Assembly: GCF_009914755.1 (NCBI RefSeq)
Contig: NC_060935.1
Source: the human T2T-CHM13v2.0 reference genome, Homo sapiens
Direction: 5' to 3' (one strand)
Length of the DNA stretch: 64,000 bases
Below the pieces are notes generated by a model. That model was not told the DNA's origin and made no database searches. It saw nothing but the letters and a program-made list of their open reading frames with translations. The translations under genes were made by a program, and so were the position numbers. Within the stretch, counting starts at the first letter, position 1. The number at the start of each line of letters is the position of its first letter. Below are positions 40,401 through 53,000 of this stretch, in pieces.

Positions 40401-43300
40401 AGACAGAAGCATTCTCAGAATGTTTCCTGTGATGACTGCATTCAACTCACAGAGGTGAACAATCCTGCTGATGGAGCAGTTTTGAAACTCTCTTTCTTTG
40501 GATTCTGCAAGTGGATATGTGGACCTCTGTGAAGATTTCGTTGGAAACGGTTTCATCTTCACAGAAAAACTAAACAGGAGCATTCTCAGAAACTGCTTTG
40601 TGATGTTTGTGTTCCACTTCAAGAATTGAACTTTCCTCTTGACAGAGCAGCTCTGAAACCCTCTTTTTCTAGAATCTGCAAGTGGACATTTGGAGGGCTT
40701 TGAGGCCTCTGGTGGAAAAGGAAAATCTTCACAGAAAAACTAGATGGAAGCATTCTCAGAAACTACTTTGGGATGATTGCATTCGACTCACAGAGTTGAA
40801 CATTCCTATAGATAGAGCAGGTTGTAAACAATGTTTTTGTAGAATCTGCGATTGGAGATTTGGACTGCTTTGAGGCCTACAGTAGTAAAGGAAATAACTT
40901 CATCTAAAAACCAAACAGAAGCATTCACAGACAATTCTTAGTGATCATTGGATTGAACTAACAGAGCTGAACATTCCTTTAGATGGAGCAGTTTCCAAAC
41001 CAACTTTCTGTAGAATCTGCAAGTGGATATTTGGACTTCTCTGAGGATTTCGTTGGAAACGGGCTAAACTTCCCAGAACTACACGGAAGCATTGTGAGAA
41101 ACTTCTTTGTGATGTTTGCATTCAACTCACAGAGTTGAACCTTGCTTTCATAGTTCAGCTTTCAAACACTCTTTTTGTAGAATCTGCAAGTGGATATTTG
41201 GACCACTTTGTGGCCTTCCTTCGAAACGGGTATATCTTCACATCAAACCTAGACAGAAGCATTCTCAGAATGTTTCCTGTGATGACTGCATTCATCTCAC
41301 AGAGGTGAACAATCCTGCTGATGGAGCAGTTTTGAAACTCTCTTTCTTAGGATTCTGCAAGTGGATATGTGGACCTCTGTGAAGATTTCGTTGGAAACGG
41401 GTTCATCTTCACAGAAAAACTAAACAGAAGCATTCTCAGAAACTGCTTTGTGATGTTTGTGTTCCACTTCAGGAATTGAACTTTCCTCTTGAGAGAGCAG
41501 CTCTGAAACCCTCTTATTCTAGAATCTGCAAGTGGACATTTGGAGGGCTTTGAGGCCTGTGGTGGAAAAGGAAAATCTTCACATAAAACTAGATGGAAGC
41601 ATTCTCAGAAACTACTTTGTGATAATTGCATTCGACTCACAGAGTTGAACATTCCTATAGATAGAGCAGGTTGTAAACAATCTTTTTGTAGAATCTGCGA
41701 TTGGAGATTTGGACTGCTTTGAGGCCTACTGTAGTAAAGGAAATAACTTCATCTAAAAACCAAACGGAAGCATTCACAGACAATTCTTAGTGATCATTGC
41801 ATTGAACTAACAGAGCTGAACATTCCTTTAGATGGAGCTGTTTCCAAACCCACTTTCTGTAGAACCTGCAAGTGGATATTTGGACCTCTCTGAGGATTTC
41901 GTTGGAAACGGGATAAACTTCCCAGAACTACACGGAAGCATTGTGAGAAACTTCTTTGTGATGTTTGCATTCAACTCACAGAGTTGAAACTTGCTTTCAT
42001 AGTTCAGCTTTCAAACACTCTTTTTGTAGAATCTGCAAGTGGATATTTGGACCACTTTGTGGCCTTCCTTCGAAACGGGTATATCTTCACATCAAACCTA
42101 GACAGAAGCATTCTCAGAATGTTTCCTGTGATGACTGCATTCAACTCCCAGAGGTGAACAATCCTGCTGATGGAGCAGTTTTGAAACTCTCTTTCTTTGG
42201 ATTCTGCAAGTGGATATGTGGACCTCTGTGAAGATTTCGTTGGAAACGGGTTCATCTTCACAGAAAAACTAAACAGGAGCATTCTCAGAAACTGCTTTGT
42301 GATGTTTGTGTTCCACTTCAAGAATTGAACTTTCCTCTTGACAGAGCAGCTCTGAAACCCTCTTTTTCTAGAATCTGCAAGTGGACATTTGGAGGGCTTT
42401 GAGGCCTGTGGTGGAAAAGGAAAATCTTCACATAAAAACTAGATGGAAGCATTCTCAGAAACTACTTTGTGATGATTGCATTCGACTCACAGAGTTGAAC
42501 ATTCCTATAGATAGAGCAGGTTGTAAACAATGTTTTTGTAGAATCTGCGATTGGAGATTTGGACTGCTTTGAGGCCTACTGTAGTAAAGGAAATAACTTC
42601 ATCTAAAAACCAAACGGAAGCATTCACAGACAATTCTTAGTGATCATTGGATTGAACTAACAGAGCTGAACATTCCTTTAGATGGAGCAGTTTCCAAACC
42701 CACTTTCTGTAGAATCTGCAAGTGGATATTTGGACTTCTCTGAGGATTTCGTTGGAAACGGGATAAACTTCCCAGAACTACAGGGAAGCATTGTGAGAAA
42801 CTTCTTTGTGATGTTTGCATTCAACTCACAGAGTTGAACCTTGCTTTCATAGTTCAGCTTTCAAACACTCTTTTTGTAGAATCTGCAAGTGGATATTTGG
42901 ACCACTTTGTGGCCTTCCTTCGAAACGGGTATATCTTCACATCAAACCTAGACAGAAGCATTCTCAGAATGTTTCCTGTGATGACTGCATTCAACTCACA
43001 GAGGTGAACAATCCTGCTGATGGAGCAGTTTTGAAACTCTCTTTCTTTGGATTCTGCAAGTGGATATGTGGACCTCTGTGAAGATTTCGTTGTAAACGGG
43101 TTCATCTTCACAGAAAAACTAAACAGAATCATTCTCAGAAACTGCTTTGTGATGTTTGTGTTCCACTTCAGGAATTGAACTTTCCTCTTGACAGAGCAGC
43201 TCTGAAACCCTCTTATTCTAGAATCTGCAAGTGGACATTTGGAGGGCTTTGAGGCCTGTGGTGGAAAAGGAAAATCTTCACATAAAAACTAGATGGAAGC
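29540..43300 (+). repeat. Tandem duplication of an 8-HOR block, period 6799 bp
   Basis: The 1-bp deletion (~34789/~41588), TTGTAAACGG (36294/43093), CATTTTGAG (30041/36840), AATATGC and TGAGAGAGC all recur at +6799. Confidence 0.93.
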
Positions 43301-44099
43301 ATTCTCAGAAACTACTTTGTGATGATTGCATTCGACTCACAGAGTTGAACATTCCTATAGATAGAGCAGGTTGTAAACAATCTTTTTGTAGAATCTGCGA
43401 TTGGAGATTTGGACTGCTTTGAGGCCTACTGTAGTAAAGGAAATAACTTCATCTAAAAACCAAACGGAAGCATTCACAGACAATTCTTAGTGATCATTGG
43501 ATTGAACTAACAGAGCTGAACATTCCTTTAGATGGCGCAGTTTCCAAACACACTTTCTGTAGAATCTGCAAGTGGATATTTGGACTTCTCTGAGGATTTC
43601 GTTGGAAACGGGATAAACTTCCCAGAACTACACGGAAGCATTGTGAGAAACTTCTTTGTGATGTTTGCATTCAACTCACAGAGTTGAACCTTGCTTTCAT
43701 AGTTCAGCTTTCAAACACTCTTTTTGTAGAATCTGCAAGTGGATATTTGGACCACTTTGTGGCCTTCCTTCGAAACGGGTATATCTTCACATCAAACCTA
43801 GACAGAAGCATTCTCAGAATGTTTCCTGTGATGACTGCATTCAACTCACAGAGGTGAACAATCCTGCTGATGGAGCAGTTTTGAAACTCTCTTTCTTTGG
43901 ATTCTGCAAGTGGATATGTGGACCTCTGTGAAGATTTCGTTGGAAACGGGTTCATCTTCACAGAAAAACTAAACAGGAGCATTCTCAGAAACTGCTTTGT
44001 GATGTTTGTGTTCCACTTCAAGAATTGAACTTTCCTCTTGACAGAGCAGCTCTGAAACCCTCTTTTTCTAGAATCTGCAAGTGGACATTTGGAGGGCTT

Positions 44100-47000
44100 T
44101 GAGGCCTGTGGTGGAAAAGGAAAATCTTCACATAAAAACTAGATGGAAGCATTCTCAGAAACTACTTTGTGATGATTGCATTCGACTCACAGAGTTGAAC
44201 ATTCCTATAGATAGAGCAGGTTGTAAACAATCTTTTTGTAGAATCTGCGATTGGAGATTTGGACTGCTTTGAGGCCTACTGTAGTAAAGGAAATAACTTC
44301 ATCTAAAAACCAAACGGAAGCATTCACAGACAATTCTTAGTGATCATTGGATTGAACTAACAGAGCTGAACATTCCTTTAGATGGAGCAGTTTCCAAACC
44401 CACTTTCTGTAGAATCTGCAAGTGGATATTTGGACTTCTCTGAGGATTTCGTTGGAAACGGGATAAACTTCCCAGAAATACACGGAAGCATTGTGAGAAA
44501 CTTCTTTGTGATGTTTGCATTCAACTCACAGAGTTGAACCTTGCTTTCATAGTTCAGCTTTCAAACACTCTTTTTGTAGAATCTGCAAGTGGATATTTGG
44601 ACCACTTTGTGGCCGTCCTTCGAAACGGGTATATCTTCACATCAAACCCAGACAGAAGCATTCTCAGAATGTTTCCTGTGATGACTGCATTCAACTCACA
44701 GAGATGAACAATCCTGTTGATGGAGCAGTTTTGAAACTCTCTTTCTTTGGATTCTGCAAGTTGATATGTGGACCTCTGTGAAGATTTCGTTGGAAACGGG
44801 TTCATCTTCACAGAGAAACTAAACAGAAGCATTCTCAAAAACTACTTTGTGATGTTTGTGTTCCACTTCAAGAATTGAACTTTCCTCTTGACAGAGCAGC
44901 TCTGAAAACCTCTTTTTCTAGAATCTGCAAGTGGACATTTGGAGGGCTTTGAGGCCTGTGGTGGAAAAGGAAAATCTTTACATAAAAACTAGATGGAAGC
45001 ATTCTCAGAAACTACTTTGTGATGATTGCATTCGACTCACAGAGTTGAACATTCCTATAGATAGAGCAGGTTGTAAACAATCTTTTTGTAGAATCTGCGG
45101 TTGGAGATTTGGACTGCTTTGAGGCCTACTGTAGTAAAGGAAATAACTTCATCTAAAAACCAAACGGAAGCATTCACAGACAATTCTTAGTGATCATTGG
45201 ATTGAACTAACAGAGCTGAACATTCCTTTAGATGGAGTAGTTTCCAAACACACTTTCTGTAGAATCTGCAAGTGGATATTTGGACTTCTCTGAGGATTTC
45301 GTTGGAAACGGGATAAACTTCCCAGAACTACACGGAAGCATTGTGAGAAACTTCTTTTTGATGTTTGCATTCAACTCACAGAGTTGAACCTTGCTTTCAT
45401 AGTTCAGCTTTCAAACACTCTTTTTGTAGAATCTGCAAGTGGATATTTGGACCACATTGTGGCCTTCCTTCGAAACGGGTATATCTTCACATCAAACCTA
45501 GACAGAAGCATTCTCAGAATGTTTCCTGTGATGACTGCATTCAACTCCCAGAGGTGAACAATCCTGCTGATGGAGCAGTTTTGAAACTCTCTTTCTTTGG
45601 ATTCTGCAAGTGGATATGTGGACCTCTGTGAAGATTTCGTTGGAAACGGGTTCATCTTCACAGAAAAACTAAACAGGAGCATTCTCAGAAACTGCTTTGT
45701 GATGTTTGTGTTCCACTTCAGGAATTGAACTTTCCTCTTGACAGAGCAGCTCTGAAACCCTCTTTTTCTAGAATCTGCAAGTGGACATTTGGAGGGCTTT
45801 GAGGCCTGTGGTGGAAAAGGAAAATCTTCACATAAAAACTAGATGGAAGCATTCTCAGAAACTACTTTGTGATGATTGCATTCGACTCACAGAGTTGAAC
45901 ATTCCTATAGATAGAGCAGGTTTTAAACAATGTTTTTGTAGAATCTGCGATTGGAGATTTGGACTGCTTTGAGGCCTACTGTAGTAAAGGAAATAACTTC
46001 ATCTAAAAACCAAACGGAAGCATTCACAGACAATTCTTAGTGATCATTGGATTGAACTAACAGAGCTGAACATTCCTTTAGATGGAGCAGTTTCCAAACA
46101 CACTTTCTGTAGAATCTGCAAGTGGATATTTGGACTTCTCTGAGGATTTCGTTGGAAACGGGATAAACTTCCCAGAACTACACGGAAGCATTGTGAGAAA
46201 CTTCTTTGTGATGTTTGCATTCAACTCACAGAGTTGAACCTTGCTTTCATAGTTCAGCTTTCAAACACTCTTTTTGTAGAATCTGCAAGTGGATATTTGG
46301 ACCACTTTGTGGCCTTCCTTCGAAACGGGTATATCTTCACATCAAACCTAGACAGAAGCATTCTCAGAATGTTTCCTGTGATGACTGCATTCAACTCACA
46401 GAGGTGAACAATCCTGCTGATGGAGCAGTTTTGAAACTCTCTTTCTTTGGATTCTGCTAGTGGATATGTGGACCTCTGTGAAGATTTCGTTGGAAACGGG
46501 TTCATCTTCACAGAAAAACTAAACAGAAGCATTCTCAGAAACTGCTTTGTGATGTTTGTGTTCCACTTCAGGAATTGAACTTTCCTCTTGACAGAGCAGC
46601 TCTGAAACCCTCTTATTCTAGAATCTGCAAGTGGACATTTGGAGGGCTTTGAGGCCTGTGGTGGAAAAGGAAAATCTTCACATAAAAACTAGATGGAAGG
46701 ATACTCAGAAACTACTTTGTGATAATTGCATTCGACTCACAGAGTTGAACATTCCTATAGATAGAGCAGGTTGTAAACAATCTTTTTGTAGAATCTGCGA
46801 TTGGAGATTTGGACTGCTTTGAGGCCTACTGTAGTAAAGGAAATAACTTCATCTAAAAACCAAACGGAAGCATTCACAGACAATTCTTAGTGATCATTGC
46901 ATTGAACTAACAGAGCTGAACATTCCTTTAGATGGAGCAGTTTCCAAACACACTTTCTGTAGAATCTGCAAGTGGATATTTGGACTTCTCTGAGGATTTC

Positions 47001-50000
47001 GTTGGAAATGGGATACACTTCCCAGAACTACACGGAAGCATTGTGAGAAACTTCTTTGTGATGTTTGCATTCAACTCACAGAGTTGAACCTTGCTTTCAT
47101 AGTTCAGCTTTCAAACACTCTTTTTGTAGAATCTGCAAGTGGATATTTGGACCACTTTGTGGCCTTCCTTCGAAACGGGTATATCTTCACATCAAACCTA
47201 GACAGAAGCATTCTCAGAATGTTTCCTGTGAAGACTGCATTCAACTCACAGAGATGAACAATCCTGTTGATGGAGCACTTTGGAAACTCTCTTTCTTTGG
47301 ATTCTGCAAGTTGAAATGTGGACCTCTGTGAAGATTTCGTTGGAAACGGGTTCATCTTCACAGAAAAACTAAACAGAAGCATTCTCAAAAACTACTTTGT
47401 GATGTTTGTGTTCCACTTCAAGAATTGAACTTTCCTCTTGACAGAGCAGCTCTGAAAACCTCTTTTTCTAGAATCTGCAAGTGGACATTTGGAGGGCTTT
47501 GAGGCCTGTGGTGGAAAAGGAAAATCTTCACATAAAAACTAGATGGAAGCATTCTCAGAAACTACTTTGTGATGATTGCATTCGACTCACAGAGTTGAAC
47601 ATTCCTATAGATAGAGCAGGTTGTAAACAATCTTTTTGTAGAATCTGCGATTGGAGATTCGGACTGCTTTGAGGCCTACTGTACTAAAGGAAATAACTTC
47701 ATCTAAAAACCAAACGGAAGCATTCACAGACAATTCTTAGTGATCATTGCATTGAACTAACAGAGCTGAACATTCCTTTAGATGGCGCAGTTTCCAAACA
47801 CACTTTCTGTAGAATCTGCAAGTGGATATTTGGACCTCTCTGAGGATTTCGTTGGAAACGGGATAAACTTCCCAGAACTACACGGAAGCATGCTGAGAAA
47901 CTTCTTTGTGATGTTTGCATTCAACTCACAGAGTTGAACCTTGCTTTCATAGTTCAGCTTTCAAACACTCTTTTTGTAGAATCTGCAAGTGGATATTTGG
48001 ACCACTTTGTGGCCTTCCTTCGAAACGGGTATATCTTCACATCAAACCTAGACAGAAGCATTCTCAGAATGTTTCCTGTGATGACTGCATTCAACTCACA
48101 GAGGTGAACAATCCTGCTGATGGAGCAGTTTTGAAACTCTCTTTCTTTGGATTCTGCAAGTGGATATGTGGACCTCTGTGAAGATTTCGTTGGAAACGGG
48201 TTCATCTTCACAGAAAAACTAAACAGAAGCATTCTCAGAAACTGCTTTGTGATGTTTGTGTTCCACTTCAGGAATTGAACTTTCCTCTTGACAGAGCAGC
48301 TCTGAAACCCTCTTTTTCTAGAATCTGCAAGTGGACATTTGGAGGGCTTTGAGGCCTGTGGTGGAAAAGGAAAATCTTCACATAAAAACTAGATGGAAGC
48401 ATTCTCAGAAACTACTTTGTGATGATTGCATTCGACTCACAGAGTTGAACATTCCTATAGATAGAGCAGGTTGTAAACAATCTTTTTGTAGAATCTGCGA
48501 TTGGAGATTTGGACTGCTTTGAGGCCTACTGTAGTAAAGGAAATAACTTCATCTAAAAACCAAACGGAAGCATTCACAGACAATTCTTAGTGATCATTGG
48601 ATTGAACTAACAGAGCTGAACATTCCTTTAGATGGAGTAGTTTCCAAACACACTTTCTGTAGAATCTGCAAGTGGATATTTGAACTTCTCTGAGGATTTC
48701 GTTGGAAACGGGATAAACTTCCCAGAACTACACGGAAGCATTGTGAGAAACTTCTTTGTGATGTTTGCATTCAACTCACAGAGTTGAACCTTGCTTTCAT
48801 AGTTCAGCTTTCAAACACTCTTTTTGTAGAATCTGCAAGTGGATATTTGGACCACTTTGTGGCCTTCCTTCGAAACGGGTATATCTTCACATCAAACCTA
48901 GACAGAAGCATTCTCAGAATGTTTCCTGTGATGACTGCATTCAACTCACAGAGGTGAACAATCCTGCTGATGGAGCAGTTTTGAAACTCTCTTTCTTTGG
49001 ATTCTGCAAGTGGATATGTGGACCTCTGTGAAGATTTCGTTGGAAACGGGTTCATCTTCACAGAAAAACTAAACAGGAGCATTCTCAGAAACTGCTTTGT
49101 GATGTTTGTGTTCCACTTCAAGAATTGAACTTTCCTCTTGACAGAGCAGCTCTGAAACCCTCTTTTTCTAGAATCTGCAAGTGGACATTTGGAGGGCTTT
49201 GAGGCCTGTGGTGGAAAAGGAAAATCTTCACATAAAAACTAGATGGAAGCATTCTCAGAAACTACTTTGTGATGATTGCATTCGACTCACAGTGTTGAAC
49301 ATTCCTATAGATAGAGCAGGTTGTAAACAATCTTTTTGTAGAATCTGCGATTGGAGATTTGGACTGCTTTGAGGCCTACTGTAGTAAAGGAAATAACTTC
49401 ATCTAAAAACCAAACGGAAGCATTCACAGACAATTCTTAGTGATCATTGGATTGAACTAACAGAGCTGAACATTCCTTTAGATGGAGCAGTTTCCAAACC
49501 CACTTTCTGTAGAATCTGCAAGTGGATATTTGGACTTCTCTGAGGATTTCGTTGGAAACGGGATAAACTTCCCAGAACTACACGGAAGCATTGTGAGAAA
49601 CTTCTTTGTGATGTTTGCATTCAACTCACAGAGTTGAACCTTGCTTTCATATTTCAGCTTTCAAACACTCTTTTTGTAGAATCTGCAAGTGGATATTTGG
49701 ACCACTTTGTGGCCTTCCTTCGAAACGGGTATATCTTCACATCAAACCTAGACAGAAACATTCTCAGAATGTTTCCTGTGATGACTGCATTCAACTCACA
49801 GAGGTGAACAATCCTGCTGATGGAGCAGTTTTGAAACTCTCTTTCTTTGGATTCTGCAAGTGGATATGTGGACCTCTGTGAAGATTTCGTTGGAAACGGG
49901 TTCATCTTCACAGAAAAACTAAACAGAAGCATTCTCAGAAACTGCTTTGTGATGTTTGTGTTCCACTTCAGGAATTGAACTTTCCTCTTGACAGAGCAGC

Positions 50001-53000
50001 TCTGAAACCCTCTTATTCTAGAATCTGCAAGTGGACATTTGGAGGGCTTTGAGGCCTGTGGTGGAAAAGGAAAATCTTCACATAAAAACTAGATGGAAGC
50101 ATTCTCAGAAACTACTTTGTGATGATTGCATTCGACTCACAGAGTTGAACATTCCTATAGATAGAGCAGGTTGTAAACAATCTTTTTTTAGAATCTGCGA
50201 TTGGAGATTTGGACTGCTTTGAGGCCTACTGTAGTAAAGGAAATAACTTCATCTAAAAACCAAACGGAAGCATTCACAGACAATTCTTAGTGATCATTGG
50301 ATTGAACTAACAGAGCTGAACATTCCTTTAGATGGAGCAGTTTCCAAACCCACTTTCTGTAGAATCTGCAAGTGGATATTTGGACTTCTCTGAGGATTTC
50401 GTTGGAAACGGGATAAACTTCCCAGAACTACACGGAAGCATTGTGAGAAACTTCTTTGTGATGTTTGCATTCAACTCACAGAGTTGAACCTTGCTTTCAT
50501 AGTTCAGCTTTCAAACACTCTTTTTGTAGAATCTGCAAGTGGATATTTGGACCACTTTGTGGCCTTCCTTCGAAACGGGTATATCTTCACATCAAACCTA
50601 GAGAGAAGCATTCTCAGAATGTTTCCTGTGACGACTGCATTCAACTCACAGAGGTGAACAATCCTGCTGATGGAGCAGTTTTGAAACTCTCTTTCTTTGG
50701 ATTCTGCAAGTGGATATGTGGACCTCTGTGAAGATTTCGTTGGAAACGGGTTCATCTTCACAGAAAAACTAAACAGAAGCATTCTCAGAAACTGCTTTGT
50801 GATGTTTGTGTTCCACTTCAGGAATTGAACTTTCCTCTTGACAGAGCAGCTCTGAAACCCTCTTATTCTAGAATCTGCAAGTGGACATTTGGAGGGCTTT
50901 GAGGCCTGTGGTGGAAAAGGAAAATCTTCACATAAAAACTAGATGGAAGCATTCTCAGAAACTACTTTGTGATAATTGCATTCGACTCACAGAGTTGAAC
51001 ATTCCTATAGATAGAGCAGGTTGTAAACAATCTTTTTGTAGAATCTGCGATTGGAGATTTGGACTGCTTTGAGGCCTACTGTAGTAAAGGAAATAACTTC
51101 ATCTAAAAACCAAACGGAAGCATTCACAGACAATGCTTAGTGATCATTGCATTGAACTAACAGAGCTGAACATTCCTTTAGATGGAGCAGTTTCCAAACA
51201 CACTTTCTGTATAACCTGCAAGTGGATATTTGGACCTCTCTGAGGATTTCGTTGGAAACGGGATAAACTTCCCAGAACTACACGGAAGCATTGTGAGAAA
51301 CTTCTTTGTGATGTTTGCATTCAACTCACAGAGTTGAACCTTGCTTTCATAGTTCAGCTTTCAAACACTCTTTTTGTAGAATCTGCAAGTGGATATTTGG
51401 ACCACTTTGTGGCCTTCCTTCGAAACGGGTATATATTCACAACAAACCTAGACAGAAGCATTCTCAGAATGTTTCCTGTGATGACTGCATTCAACTCACA
51501 GAGGTGAACAATCCTGCTGATGGAGCAGTTTTGAAACTCTCTTTCTTTGGATTCTGCAAGTGGATATGTGGACCTCTGTGAAGATTTCGTTGGAAACGGG
51601 TTCATCTTCACAGAAAAACTAAACAGAAACATTCTCAGAAACTGCTTTGTGATGTTTGTGTTCCACTTCAGGAATTGAACTTTCCTCTTGACAGAGCAGC
51701 TCTGAAACCCTCTTATTCTAGAATGTGCAAGTGGACATTTGGAGGGCTTTGAGGCCTGTGGTGGAAAAGGAAAATCTTCACATAAAAACTACATGGAAGC
51801 ATTCTCAGAAACTACTTTGTGATGATTGCATTCGACTCACAGAGTTGAACATTCCTATAGATAGAGCAGGTTGTAAACAATCTTTTTGTACAATCTGCGA
51901 TTGGAGATTTGGACTGCTTTGAGGCCTACTGTAGTAAAGGAAATAACTTCATCTAAAAACCAAACGGAAGCATTCACAGACAATTCTTAGTGATCATTGG
52001 ATTGAACTAACAGAGCTGAACATTCCTTTAGATGGCGCAGTTTCCAAACACACTTTCTGTAGAATCTGCAAGTGGATATTTGGACTTCTCTGAGGATTTC
52101 GTTGGAAACGGGATAAACTTCCCAGAACTACACGGAAGCATTGTGAGAAACTTCTTTGTGATGTTTGCATTCAACTCACAGAGTTGAACCTTGCTTTCAT
52201 AGTTCAGCTTTCAAACACTCTTTTTGTAGAATCTGCAAGTGGATATTTGGACCACTTTGTGGCCTTCCTTCGAAACGGGTATATCTTCACATCAAACCTA
52301 GACAGAAGCATTCTCAGAATGTTTCCTGTGATGACTGCATTCAACTCACAGAGGTGAACAATCCTGCTGATGGAGCAGTTTTGAAACTCTCTTTCTTTGG
52401 ATTCTGCAAGTGGATATGTGGACCTCTGTGAAGATTTCGTTGGAAACGGGTTCATCTTTACAGAAAAACTAAACAGGAGCATTCTCAGAAACTGCTTTGT
52501 GATGTTTGTGTTCCACTTCAAGAATTGAACTTTCCTCTTGACAGAGCAGCTCTGAAACCCTCTTATTCTAGAATCTGCAAGTGGACATTTGGAGGGCTTT
52601 GAGGCCTGTGTGGAAAAGGAAAATCTTCACATAAAAACTAGATGGAAGCATTCTCAGAAACTACTTTGTGATGATTGCATTCGACTCACAGAGTTGAACA
52701 TTCCTATAGATAGAGCAGGTTGTAAACAATCTTTTTGTAGAATCTGCGATTGGAGATTTGGACTGCTTTGAGGCCTACTGTAGTAAAGGAAATAACTTCA
52801 TCTAAAAACCAAACGGAAGCATTCACAGACAATTCTTAGTGATCATTGGATTGAACTAACAGAGCTGAACATTCCTTTAGATGGAGCAGTTTCCAAACCC
52901 ACTTTCTGTAGAATCTGCAAGTGGATATTTGGACTTCTCTGAGGATTTCGTTGGAAACGGGATAAACTTCCCAGAACTACACGGAAGCATTGTGAGAAAC

